A model generated the notes under the pieces. The model was given only the letters and a program-made list of their open reading frames with translations, made no database searches and was not told the origin of the DNA. Positions 48,192-58,052 of a DNA stretch of 64,000 nucleotides are shown in pieces (position 1 is the first letter of the stretch; each line of letters begins with the position of its first letter). The stretch spans positions 1-64,000 of the IMG/VR virus record IMGVR_UViG_3300029945_000001; one strand, written 5' to 3'. Made by a program: the position numbers and the translations under genes.

Positions 48192-50354
48192 ATGGAAGAC
48201 ATTTCCGCATCTGATACTATTCTCGATTTTACTAAAAAGTTTGGAACTGGATTAATTGATAAAACATTTCCTAATAAATTTGATGGACTCAAAGACGGCC
48301 AGCGTCGTATCTTTTGGTCGTTGAGAAATGATATGAATGATATTATTCCGAGTAGTCAATTAATTGCAAGTACTATTAAATATCATCCACACGGTGATGC
48401 TACTATTTATGAAACTGCTGTTAGACTAGCACAGAATTTTAATTGTAATCCTCCACTTATTGCATTTGAATCTTCCGTGGGTACTTATTCAAATCCTATA
48501 CCTGCCAAAGGTCGATATACAAAATCAAGAATACCCGATTATACAAAAGATCTTTTTTACAAATCAATTGATATTAATACTTTACCGAAAAGATTATCCG
48601 ATACCCATAGTGGTTATGAAGTTGAGTATTATATTCCTACTATTCCTTTGGCTTTGTATTTTGGAAGTGACTCTATTGGATTTGGTTATAATAGCGAAAT
48701 CATGTCTAGGAACTTAGGTGATATTTGTGATATCGTTATTGCATATGCAAACCATAGAAAGAATAGTCCTATATCACCATTTGATTATACTAAGATTGTA
48801 GAATTGTTCTTACCGGATACTCCTATTGACAATATACTTATTAATAGAGAAGAACTTATTGAAAAATACAAACATGGTATGTTTAATGCACAATCTATTA
48901 TTAGTGGTACTGTAAAACTGTGCAGTAATAAAATCATTATTTATACCCTTCCATATGGAACTCCTTATGGTTCTATTATGGAAACTATGTTAGCATTAAT
49001 GAAAGTTAAAAATGGTTGGTATGATCGTAATATTGAAAGAATCACAGATAATTCATCAGAAAGAAATATTGGTAATCTTGTCATTGAGTTAAAGCCAAAT
49101 AGAAATGTATTTGAAGCATGGTCAATGATCTCTAAGAAAATATCATTTACAGGATCATTAAATCCAAATAATCATTTCTCTGAATATGGTTCTATTTTGA
49201 AAATAAGCCCCATTGCATTATTACGATATTGGTATGAAGCACGGTGTAACATTCTTATTTCTTCTAAGAAATATAAAATCTCTAAATTAACGACAGAATT
49301 GCGACAGCTTAATGCATTATTACTTATTTGTGACCATACCGATGAAGTTATCAAAATCATTAAAAATAACAATACCATAGAAGCTATTAAACTCTTTAGA
49401 AGTAAATTTCAGTTAACGACGTATCAGGCTTATTATATCCATAAAGCTCCTCTTAATACATTAGGAAAAGATTCAAAAGAAGAACTTCTTAATGCATTAA
49501 GAATCACAGAAAACAATATCGAAAAGATACTAACATCATTTAAAAATATTGATAATGAAATAGCTGAAGAAGCGCAATATATGAAAGATAAATATACTGT
49601 AAAAAGAAAATGTATTAGTCATAAATTTATTGGATATGTGAAAGTTGATGGTGGAAATATTCAGTTTGAGAATACAAAAGAAATTTATGATATTCTAAAT
49701 GACTTTCCTAAATCTCGTATTGAAATTTATACGTATAACGGATCTCATATGTTTCATGTCAATGCTCAAGAAAAGATAAATGAAAATATAACAATTAAAT
49801 ATACTGATGGTGATCATTATTCATTACCGACAAATTCTATTTACACTATAAATATTGCAGATGGTGCAGCATGTTGTGTTAAGGGATTTCAGCCAGGATT
49901 CAGAAGTAGTGGATATTTTTACACTTCTCATACTGCAAAGATGATCTGTAAAGATGGTACTATCTTAACTGGAAAGATCGATGATCATATTTCTTTAAAG
50001 AAGACTATTTGTAGAGGTGCAAATACTGATATCATATATGTTTATCCAGAAAATAAGAATGATCATTTTATTATTTCGATGAATGATGATCTAGAATTAA
50101 CAAATACTGTTACTATTCAAAGGATCAGACCTACAACTACTAAAATACAGATGAGAATGAAAGGTAAAAATTATATTACTCATTCTAACATAAGTAAAGA
50201 TGTTTTCTTTAATTTGTTCTCTCAGTGTATCAATAGAACCTCTGCACGAATCATTGTGTTCAAAGATCTCAACAAACTCATGGAAGATAAAGATGTTTTT
50301 AGGATAGATATAAACACTATGAAGAAATATAATAAACTTATCGAAGTTATCTAG
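48192..50354 (+). CDS. gyrA: Type IIA topoisomerase A subunit (GyrA/ParC-like)
   Basis: DGLKDGQRRIF, YHPHGDATIYET, catalytic-Tyr region PAKGRYT, LPDTP, LPY; divergent C-terminal domain. Confidence 0.88.
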   Translation: MEDISASDTILDFTKKFGTGLIDKTFPNKFDGLKDGQRRIFWSLRNDMNDIIPSSQLIASTIKYHPHGDATIYETAVRLAQNFNCNPPLIAFESSVGTYSNPIPAKGRYTKSRIPDYTKDLFYKSIDINTLPKRLSDTHSGYEVEYYIPTIPLALYFGSDSIGFGYNSEIMSRNLGDICDIVIAYANHRKNSPISPFDYTKIVELFLPDTPIDNILINREELIEKYKHGMFNAQSIISGTVKLCSNKIIIYTLPYGTPYGSIMETMLALMKVKNGWYDRNIERITDNSSERNIGNLVIELKPNRNVFEAWSMISKKISFTGSLNPNNHFSEYGSILKISPIALLRYWYEARCNILISSKKYKISKLTTELRQLNALLLICDHTDEVIKIIKNNNTIEAIKLFRSKFQLTTYQAYYIHKAPLNTLGKDSKEELLNALRITENNIEKILTSFKNIDNEIAEEAQYMKDKYTVKRKCISHKFIGYVKVDGGNIQFENTKEIYDILNDFPKSRIEIYTYNGSHMFHVNAQEKINENITIKYTDGDHYSLPTNSIYTINIADGAACCVKGFQPGFRSSGYFYTSHTAKMICKDGTILTGKIDDHISLKKTICRGANTDIIYVYPENKNDHFIISMNDDLELTNTVTIQRIRPTTTKIQMRMKGKNYITHSNISKDVFFNLFSQCINRTSARIIVFKDLNKLMEDKDVFRIDINTMKKYNKLIEVI

Positions 50355-50361
50355 ATGACAT

Positions 50362-50401
50362 GTGAAGGAGACAGTCACATATATGTGACTGTCTCCTTCA
50401 C
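50362..50401. terminator. Perfect 40-bp palindrome GTGAAGGAGACAGTCACATA|TATGTGACTGTCTCCTTCAC
   Basis: Exact inverted repeat, the longest I found in the window. Confidence 0.75.
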
Positions 50402-50422
50402 GAACACGAAAGGGAAAAACAA

Positions 50423-51019
50423 TTGACAACGATCGGAGTATTCGTTTCTAGAGATGGTAATACTATTGCAGTTGATAAAAAAATATCAGTAGGAAGCTAT
50501 ACTACATTTGAACTATCTAAATATACTGAAATATATGATCAAAAGATGAACAAGTTAGTTCTTATCTGTATTGGTACTATGGTTGTATCTGAAATAATTA
50601 TTAATGAAATAAAAGAAATCATAAATAATAATGAAATACTTATTGAAGATATAAATATTTTAAAGTTAAATATTCTAAATGATATTTTGAAATCAATAAA
50701 TAAAATAATAAATGATATAGATAGTATAACTTATTCAGATAATGGATTGGTATTATTAGTATCTAGGGATTCTGTACTTTTAATATGTAAAAATAAAGAT
50801 AAAAAAGCATTTGTTATAGAACCATCGAGTTCGTTATTTCAAAATAACTATATTGCAACATTTGGTTCAGGTTGTACATTATTAAAAATGGCATCAGACT
50901 TTCTCGATGAGTATGACACGGTTAAAAAAGGAAGTAAAGAATATTTTACTAAAGCTTTTGTAAAAGTAGCTATATATGATAAAGCAACCTCTTCTAATAT
51001 TGATTATATTACATTCTGA
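50423..51019 (+). CDS. HslV/proteasome-beta-like Ntn hydrolase
   Basis: N-terminal (M)TTI, IAVD, K near residue 33, TFGSG, and YD..TS near the end; TTG start with AAGGGA RBS. Confidence 0.6.
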   Translation: MTTIGVFVSRDGNTIAVDKKISVGSYTTFELSKYTEIYDQKMNKLVLICIGTMVVSEIIINEIKEIINNNEILIEDINILKLNILNDILKSINKIINDIDSITYSDNGLVLLVSRDSVLLICKNKDKKAFVIEPSSSLFQNNYIATFGSGCTLLKMASDFLDEYDTVKKGSKEYFTKAFVKVAIYDKATSSNIDYITF

Positions 51020-51026
51020 CACGACT

Positions 51027-51052
51027 CGGTGAGTGGATAATTCCACTCACCG
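51027..51052 (+). terminator. Hairpin CGGTGAGTGGA-TAAT-TCCACTCACCG with T-tract
   Basis: 11-bp stem. Confidence 0.72.
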
Positions 51053-51110
51053 CAGTTATATTTTTTATCAAAAAACTATTTTATGATTTACGCATAATTA
51101 AGAGGGCATA

Positions 51111-51770
51111 ATGACAAATAGAAAAGCAGCACAAGACTGGTTTTTTAATTTATTGAAAAGTGTCGATGATACTGATGTGAATGTTAAATTTTATGAAAAG
51201 AAGTTTGGTAACATGGATGATAAAATGTTTGATAAATATATGAAAGATTTACAAGACGGAAAAACAAAACTATATTTCTATACCCCACCTAAAGTCGTTA
51301 ATATAAATACTGCCAAAGTTATTGCTGCCGCCGAAAAAATAGGTCTCAAATTATTTGAAAGATTGTTATTGTGGGATCATGTCACTAAAAGATATATCCT
51401 TACTCCTCAAGAATATCTTGTTGTTGATTTACCAGTTAGACCACAGAAACAATATCTCGATGATAAGATCTCATTACCGGAAGGTGATACTAAAATATCA
51501 ACAACATCTGGACAGGTTATGAAGCCTGATAAAGGATCTTCTATCGCAATCGTTGAATTACAAACTATATTGTCAAAAGGTTTAAAGAGTTCTGCATACG
51601 AATTGATGAGAGTTCGTGGTGGTGATATCTATGCTTATGCTAATCTTAAAAGTCAATTAGAAGAAACTGGTAGTGCTACATTGGATTCTATTCCTGATGA
51701 TTCTAGAGCTAGAAGTAATGAAATTCTAAAAGCATACTTTACTGGTATGCACCTTGGGACCAATCTATAA
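51111..51770 (+). CDS. rpoB: Virion RNA polymerase beta subunit, C-terminal part (phiKZ gp149-like)
   Basis: QYLDDKIS...SGQV..DKGSSIAIVE..L...AYELMRVRGGD parallels the beta C-terminus DDK..QQP..GQRFGEME..EMLTVKSDD. Confidence 0.78.
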   Translation: MTNRKAAQDWFFNLLKSVDDTDVNVKFYEKKFGNMDDKMFDKYMKDLQDGKTKLYFYTPPKVVNINTAKVIAAAEKIGLKLFERLLLWDHVTKRYILTPQEYLVVDLPVRPQKQYLDDKISLPEGDTKISTTSGQVMKPDKGSSIAIVELQTILSKGLKSSAYELMRVRGGDIYAYANLKSQLEETGSATLDSIPDDSRARSNEILKAYFTGMHLGTNL

Positions 51771-53152
51771 TGGCTAGTACATCAGCTGATCTGAGTGTTA
51801 TAAGTAATGCTTTGGCTGCTACTGCAAAAGCAGAAAGTGCTGTTGCTCAACTAACAGGATCTACAGCATTAAGTGCTTCTGCATCCGATTTAATGTCTAT
51901 TGCTAAAACAACAAAAGCTATTGCAAATACGACGAATACAGTATTGGCTACCCTGAAGACGACAACGAGCGATCCTTTATCTGGCGGTTATACACAATCA
52001 AAAGCTTATTCTGGTTCATTTGTTACTAAGAAAACTTCATCAAATACTGGACTAGTTGATTTTGCTATTGGGGCTGCTGCTGTAGCCCAAATAACATCGA
52101 GATTGACAAGTTCTCAAATAGGTAGTGTTTCTAGTATATCATCTTCTATGTCAAGTATGCTTTCTACTCAATCTGGATATTTGAGTTCATTGGCCTCAAC
52201 TATTACTACAGATGCTAAACTTGCTACTTCTTTAGCTAACATAGCTAGTGGAGTTGCATCACAATTAAAGATGTTTAAACAATCTGGATTAGTAGCTCTT
52301 GGTGCTACCGCTGCCGTATTAGGGACTGGATATATTGCGAGTTCATTATCTTTATCTACAGCATCTATATCGTCTAGTAGTTTTACTTCATTTTTAAAAC
52401 AGGCAACGGCAGTATTTTCTTCCGTTGCTAATGCAACTGTTGCTATAGAAAAATGCTATCAAACATTAACATCATCTTGTACAGATAGTTCTGGTAAATG
52501 CATAAGCGGTGTACCAAGAACAGCATCTTCATCAACATACTCTTCGTTAACAACTATAACTCAAAAAGTATCAGTCTCTGCTAGTACGGCAACTATACCA
52601 ACAACAACCGATTATAGTACGACACAAAATACCTTTAATACTACATTAACATTAAATATAGAAAATGGATTTACAACATTGGTAGAACCTATGTTAACTG
52701 ATAGTTCGTTTAATAGTACATCTATTAACGTCGTAAAATCATTATTGATGTCGGTATGTAAAAGAGGCGATGTCTATATGGCATATATTCTTATAAATGC
52801 AATAGGTGGTAAAAATGTCACTAATCCGGTTGCCATGATAAATTATATTCTTAAAAATGAACATATTACATCATCTGAAGATCCTACATCAAGCTCAACT
52901 TCTACAGATAGTAATATTAATACATATACAGCAGATGAATATACTACATATATAAATGAAATAATGACATTAACAAACGTATCACAATCACAATTATATA
53001 ATTCAAAATCAAATTCTAGTTTATATAACTATAAAACGGTTGAAGCATCATCATCTTCGACAGTAACGAATTCTTTATTGACATCAGAGGTTGTTAAATT
53101 GGTATCTGCTGCAAGTTCAACAAACTCGTCTTCTAATGCAATAACAGCATGA
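51770..53152 (+). CDS. Ser/Thr/Ala-rich protein, probably virion structural
   Basis: 460 aa, low complexity; TAATG coupling to the betaC gene. Confidence 0.7.
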   Translation: MASTSADLSVISNALAATAKAESAVAQLTGSTALSASASDLMSIAKTTKAIANTTNTVLATLKTTTSDPLSGGYTQSKAYSGSFVTKKTSSNTGLVDFAIGAAAVAQITSRLTSSQIGSVSSISSSMSSMLSTQSGYLSSLASTITTDAKLATSLANIASGVASQLKMFKQSGLVALGATAAVLGTGYIASSLSLSTASISSSSFTSFLKQATAVFSSVANATVAIEKCYQTLTSSCTDSSGKCISGVPRTASSSTYSSLTTITQKVSVSASTATIPTTTDYSTTQNTFNTTLTLNIENGFTTLVEPMLTDSSFNSTSINVVKSLLMSVCKRGDVYMAYILINAIGGKNVTNPVAMINYILKNEHITSSEDPTSSSTSTDSNINTYTADEYTTYINEIMTLTNVSQSQLYNSKSNSSLYNYKTVEASSSSTVTNSLLTSEVVKLVSAASSTNSSSNAITA

Positions 53153-53164
53153 GACAGTATATCT

Positions 53165-53198
53165 TACTAGAGTGATGGCATATGCCATCACTCTAGTA
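53165..53198. terminator. Perfect 34-bp palindrome TACTAGAGTGATGGCAT|ATGCCATCACTCTAGTA
   Basis: Exact inverted repeat. Confidence 0.75.
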
Positions 53199-53240
53199 GT
53201 ATACATTATACATAAAGTGTATTTCGATATGGTTTAGATA

Positions 53241-53248
53241 TATATTAC
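53241..53248 (+). promoter_or_regulatory. Early promoter core TATATTAC
   Basis: AGATATATATTACTATTTTG, identical to the context at 30823. Confidence 0.7.
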
Positions 53249-53303
53249 TATTTTGAGAAGACAATATATTTATTGTTGTCTTGTATGTAATTCGGAGGCT
53301 ATC

Positions 53304-53474
53304 ATGTCTGACTTGACTATCTCCAGAACGGTCGGTTGGGTTGCGACCATTACGCTCATTTGCATTGGAGCCCATACCATCTGGTCTCGGTATTCCGAAC
53401 TTGTCGAAAAAGAGAATCGACTCAAAAGCCTCGACGAAGATGTCGTCGAACAGATGTTCAAAAATCGCACGTAA
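53304..53474 (+). CDS. 56-aa early membrane-anchored peptide
   Basis: GGAGG RBS; N-terminal hydrophobic helix and charged tail; own promoter and terminator. Confidence 0.7.
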   Translation: MSDLTISRTVGWVATITLICIGAHTIWSRYSELVEKENRLKSLDEDVVEQMFKNRT

Positions 53475-53511
53475 GTGGGGGGAGCAATCTCCCCACCTAC
53501 TTTTATTTTTT
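53475..53511 (+). terminator. Intrinsic terminator GTGGGG..CCCCAC with T-tract
   Basis: GC-rich stem followed by ttttatttttt. Confidence 0.65.
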
Positions 53512-53590
53512 GTTTTATCCATCGATTGTATAAATATATATTATTAAAATGACAAGGGAAGTTTTTCTTTTCGGATAGGGGCTGTCTATA

Positions 53591-54784
53591 ATGGGGTCTG
53601 ATAGAGATTCTATTATTGAAGATATGAATGTTATTGAACTATTATCTGCACATGGATATTTTGATGAGAATAGTCCTGAAGTAATACGCGAAACTAGAAA
53701 TGGATATTTTTCTCTTGACAGTTATACGAACGGTCATACAAGAGGAATTTGTAAGGAGCAATATATTACAAATAATACTAATGAACCACTATATGTTATT
53801 GATCATAATAATAACAAGTATGAGATCCTTCCATCGAAATCTTCTGGTGTAGATTATCGTGGATCACTAGATGGTAGATTATCTATATTCTTTTGTCAAA
53901 AAGATTCTGATGAATCAAATAGAGAGACTAATAATAAGTTCGATTTTGAACAGATAGCTATTGAGAAACTACGAATTAAACCATACTACTGCAATAGATT
54001 AAATCTATTATTTACAACTGGTGATTTTGTAGAACATGTCAAACATCCTTTTTCAAAAGATGCATATCAAGATACAATAAAAAGACACCATGCAATGATA
54101 TTATCAAATATTGTAGATGAAAGTTCTATCAGGATATTTGCATATGATCCAAAGTGTCGTATAAAGAATTTATATATTGAAATGGGATCTAATATTGTAA
54201 CTGTTCCAGTTTTGCATACGCAAAGTGGAACCGATGCATATGTTGTTATTCAATATCTACAAGAAAATAAAACATATGACACACATACATGTTCATTAGA
54301 AAAAGCATTTGAAAAAGCAGATTCTCTTATTTCAATTAATGGATTGACATTCAGTGTTTGTAAGAGTATATTATCTCATCACTTAGAATTTAAACGTAAA
54401 AGAATGACTCCTAACATAGATGAAAAAGTCATCAATGATGGAGATTTTATTCAGACAAAATACATCGATAGATATGTTAATAAAATTATTGATGAAAAAG
54501 ATACAGAAATAAATATTCTAAGGAAAGAACTAGAAGATGCAAAAATAAATTATAAGAAATTAACTGATGGTTCTTATATAGAAAAGAAATCAGAGGTTGT
54601 ATTATCTCAAATTGAAATAGAGAAAATGAAAGTAACAGAATCTATTGCTAAACACGGTAGTCAACTACATACTGATAGATTAAGTTTTGGTAAAGATATT
54701 GTCGGGTTTATAGGATCTTTATTCAAAGCAATCGCAGTAATCATTCCTGCGGTTTATGGTATTTATAAATTCTTTAAAACATAA
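53591..54784 (+). CDS. Hypothetical protein with C-terminal coiled coil and membrane anchor
   Basis: 397 aa ending FKAIAVIIPAVYGIYKFFKT; lies upstream of nvRNAP betaN. Confidence 0.72.
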   Translation: MGSDRDSIIEDMNVIELLSAHGYFDENSPEVIRETRNGYFSLDSYTNGHTRGICKEQYITNNTNEPLYVIDHNNNKYEILPSKSSGVDYRGSLDGRLSIFFCQKDSDESNRETNNKFDFEQIAIEKLRIKPYYCNRLNLLFTTGDFVEHVKHPFSKDAYQDTIKRHHAMILSNIVDESSIRIFAYDPKCRIKNLYIEMGSNIVTVPVLHTQSGTDAYVVIQYLQENKTYDTHTCSLEKAFEKADSLISINGLTFSVCKSILSHHLEFKRKRMTPNIDEKVINDGDFIQTKYIDRYVNKIIDEKDTEINILRKELEDAKINYKKLTDGSYIEKKSEVVLSQIEIEKMKVTESIAKHGSQLHTDRLSFGKDIVGFIGSLFKAIAVIIPAVYGIYKFFKT

Positions 54785-54822
54785 TATTAATAACCAAACG
54801 ATCACAATAGGGGACGTGAGTT

Positions 54823-56370
54823 ATGGTTGATACGAATGTACTAAGAAGTATTCACGAAAATACCCCTAAGTATAATAGACATACTCTTATTGATTATATG
54901 AAAAATGAATTAGATCGCGCTCCTGAGTTTGTTGGTGCTATTTTAAATGAAGGCGTTAAAATGTTTAATGGTGTTATTACATATGTCGGTCATAGAGTTC
55001 TTCCCCCTGAAGATAGAGCTAATTTTGAATTAGCTGTTTATAAAGGATGTTCTGTTCATACATCAGAACTCATTTTAACTGAATATATTTTCGAATATGA
55101 TGGTAAGAAATTTCAGTCCCACTTCTATCTTCCTTATCTTAGAAATAATGTTATCACGATTATGGATACTATGCATGTTGTTCAAAAACCTATTACAGAA
55201 CAAGTGTTTAGTAAAACCGCTACTGGTGTTACTGTAAAGACTATTCGTCAACCTATTCCATTTCATCGAAACAGCACCTTTGATGTACGATCAATATGTG
55301 GTCGTTATGCTTCAGTCGACTATATCACAACACTGAAGATACATCAAAATCCTACAAGAAGTAAAGAAAAGAAAAAAACTTATGCGACTTGTTTACACTA
55401 TCTTTTATGTAAATATGGTATCGTTGAAACATTGAATAGATTTGGTCTTACTTCTGAAGATATTAGTATTGTCGAAAGAGTCAATAATGATGAAGATATA
55501 TATTACTATTTTGAAGCAAAGCAGCATATTAAGAAAATTCCTATGAATTTATATTTAAAGGTTAAACAACATGTTCTCTTATCTAATAAAACAAATCTAA
55601 AGATCGTTGCTAATCTTTTATATATTTTAACCCCATTTACTAAATACAAAGTTGAAGATATTTATGATCCTGAAAAAACTGCATTTAGAATCATGTTAGG
55701 TAAGATTATTCATGGTGATACTATTACCGAAGCGTCTAGTAAAAATAGGATTGATAATCATATTCGTAGTGTTGATAATGCATTAGATCTTATTACTATG
55801 TATCGATTGAATGCATATGGCTATAATGTTAAAGATATCTATGATTTTCTACAAGCAGTATTTTCAAATATAGATACAATTATTTTAGAATCTAGTTATA
55901 CTGATCTTTTCAAGATGAGAATCAATATCGTTGAAACAATATTAGTAGATACTATTTGTAAGAGTGTTTTTGGTCGTTGGTATTATGAAGAAACAAATCC
56001 TAGTCGGTTGAATGAACAAGAAGTTAAACGTATTTTAAAGTTCGATCCTATGCTTATTCGTAATCTTAGTTCGAATCGTATTGTTCAAAAGAGTCCTCAG
56101 ATTTATGGCGACAACCAGCTTATTCCCTGTTTATGTCAAAAGACGAGACAATCGAGTATTTCACAATCTGGTAAAGTTTTGAAATCTGCTGATCATAGAT
56201 TTAACCCATCTGCTGCCGCTGTTGAAACAATTTATGTATTTAATAAAAGTAATCCTGGTGCTGGTGGTATCATAAATCCATACTTAGAAATAGATAATAA
56301 TGGTACTATCATTAAACCTGCATATTCTGCTGAACTTGACAGTATGAAGAAATTTATTCCTAATAACTAA
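54823..56370 (+). CDS. rpoB: Non-virion RNA polymerase beta subunit, N-terminal part (phiKZ gp123-like)
   Basis: FYLPYL, HYLLCKYG, FRIMLG, and C-terminal E....NKSNPGAGGIINPYL typical of this family. Confidence 0.72.
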   Translation: MVDTNVLRSIHENTPKYNRHTLIDYMKNELDRAPEFVGAILNEGVKMFNGVITYVGHRVLPPEDRANFELAVYKGCSVHTSELILTEYIFEYDGKKFQSHFYLPYLRNNVITIMDTMHVVQKPITEQVFSKTATGVTVKTIRQPIPFHRNSTFDVRSICGRYASVDYITTLKIHQNPTRSKEKKKTYATCLHYLLCKYGIVETLNRFGLTSEDISIVERVNNDEDIYYYFEAKQHIKKIPMNLYLKVKQHVLLSNKTNLKIVANLLYILTPFTKYKVEDIYDPEKTAFRIMLGKIIHGDTITEASSKNRIDNHIRSVDNALDLITMYRLNAYGYNVKDIYDFLQAVFSNIDTIILESSYTDLFKMRINIVETILVDTICKSVFGRWYYEETNPSRLNEQEVKRILKFDPMLIRNLSSNRIVQKSPQIYGDNQLIPCLCQKTRQSSISQSGKVLKSADHRFNPSAAAVETIYVFNKSNPGAGGIINPYLEIDNNGTIIKPAYSAELDSMKKFIPNN

Positions 56371-56403
56371 AATAACAATCAGTCAAAACAAGGGGACATT
56401 CTG

Positions 56404-58038
56404 ATGGTTAGTTTCGGTAATGGCGGTGGCTTTGGTCAAAATAATAATAATAATAATAATAACAATATGAATAATGTGATCAATGCTTCTATTAATCTTT
56501 GTCAAGATATATTAGAAAATAAAATGAATTATGAAAATAACGAAGAACGTATTGTTGCTAAAACTATCTATAATAGCATTTCTGCCAATACTATTGAGCG
56601 TACTAAGATCGGTAATGTATTTAAGAATTTTATTATCAATTGTGCTAATAATAATACTAGCGGTGTAACCAAGGATGATGTTATCAATTGGTGTAAGAAA
56701 TTCATCACTGATAACTGGACTGCAATCGGCCGTGCTGTTATGGAAAAATCCAATAGTAATAATAGTTTTGGTGGTGGTGGTAATTCCTTTGGTAATAGCG
56801 GCGGTAGTAGTTGGGGCGGAGGAAGCAATAACAGCTCTTCTTCCAATTTCGGCGAACGCGCTTCGATGAACGATCTCATCGACGGTGTTCATTCTAGTGG
56901 CTCAAAAGATACTAATAATTCTTTTAATAGCATATTCAATGACGATGACAAAGCTATTAAGAAACAGATTATTATCGAGAATGTTAATAAGGGCGACTTT
57001 TACTCGCAGAGGGTTGTTATGACTCAAACGGAACCGAAGATCGATATATTCTCTGGTTGTAATTTCTTCAAAGTAGAACAATATTCCAAAAACAATGATA
57101 TGTTTAATGATGGTAAGACCGTACATACTTTTGTTGTTGATTATGTTCGTTCTGAGATGAGCGATCTTCAGATCTACAATGATATTCGCAAACATATCAA
57201 TCCTGAAGTTGTTGATGAGCATTATGCCGTTATTGTTCGTTATAATCAGTTGATGCATCTTGGTATCGGTACGAATAGGTTCAAGACTGTTCGTGGTGTT
57301 ATTCGTGATACTATTGACAATAAAGATAATTCTGTTATTGAGGTCCTTAGTGTTATTGAAAATCTTATTCACAAAGAACATCGTATTTTTGAACGATTGA
57401 TCATTGATCATGTTAACTTCTTACTGAAGAATAATCTTATTTCTTATCGTAAGAATACTTCTATTGTCCTGAAGACTATTGATGATATTAAAGAATATTT
57501 GGAAAATCCTCCTAAGGTTCTTGCTGATAACATTAGAAGCTTCCCCACAGCATTTAAGAATATTGTTAACCGTGCTATTCAATATGTATTTATCGAAAGC
57601 TGTGTTGTTGATATCGATGATAATAATTTCGGTGATGTTATCAAATCTCAGGCTGTTAAGTTTGTTGATGAACATGGTCGCACCGAATATGATTATGGTA
57701 CGTATATCAACGATCCTGATCGTATCAAATCGATTATGAATTCTATGGTTGAAAACGATACTGTTCTTCGTTTACCGAAAACTATTATTTATACCAATAT
57801 CATTACCGAAGATGCTCTTACTGAAATTGGAAATGATGTTCGTGTTTATGTTCAAGAGTGGAATAATCCTAAGATGAATTTTGTTAGATATACTTGCGAC
57901 CTCACCATCAATGATGGTGGTCTTGATAATGTTATTTATTTTGTCAGCCCTCAGGATAGTGACAAGGTTGGTAAAGCCAATATCGGGACTACTTATAAAA
58001 CTAGTAGCGAAGACAATATCTATATCGTTCTTTATTAA
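56404..58038 (+). CDS. Hypothetical protein with Gly/Asn/Ser/Phe low-complexity N-terminus
   Basis: 544 aa, GGGGA RBS; poly-Asn and FG-containing segments. Confidence 0.75.
   Translation: MVSFGNGGGFGQNNNNNNNNNMNNVINASINLCQDILENKMNYENNEERIVAKTIYNSISANTIERTKIGNVFKNFIINCANNNTSGVTKDDVINWCKKFITDNWTAIGRAVMEKSNSNNSFGGGGNSFGNSGGSSWGGGSNNSSSSNFGERASMNDLIDGVHSSGSKDTNNSFNSIFNDDDKAIKKQIIIENVNKGDFYSQRVVMTQTEPKIDIFSGCNFFKVEQYSKNNDMFNDGKTVHTFVVDYVRSEMSDLQIYNDIRKHINPEVVDEHYAVIVRYNQLMHLGIGTNRFKTVRGVIRDTIDNKDNSVIEVLSVIENLIHKEHRIFERLIIDHVNFLLKNNLISYRKNTSIVLKTIDDIKEYLENPPKVLADNIRSFPTAFKNIVNRAIQYVFIESCVVDIDDNNFGDVIKSQAVKFVDEHGRTEYDYGTYINDPDRIKSIMNSMVENDTVLRLPKTIIYTNIITEDALTEIGNDVRVYVQEWNNPKMNFVRYTCDLTINDGGLDNVIYFVSPQDSDKVGKANIGTTYKTSSEDNIYIVLY
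56440..56466 (+). repeat. (AAT)7 AAC AAT microsatellite encoding poly-Asn
   Basis: Directly visible in the sequence. Confidence 0.85.
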
Positions 58039-58052
58039 TTTGCGATATGTCA

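Noticed and set aside
51005-51012. Additional TATATTAC matches (also near 19305 and 50172)
   Set aside because: Inside coding sequence and lacking the extended context; likely chance in AT-rich DNA.
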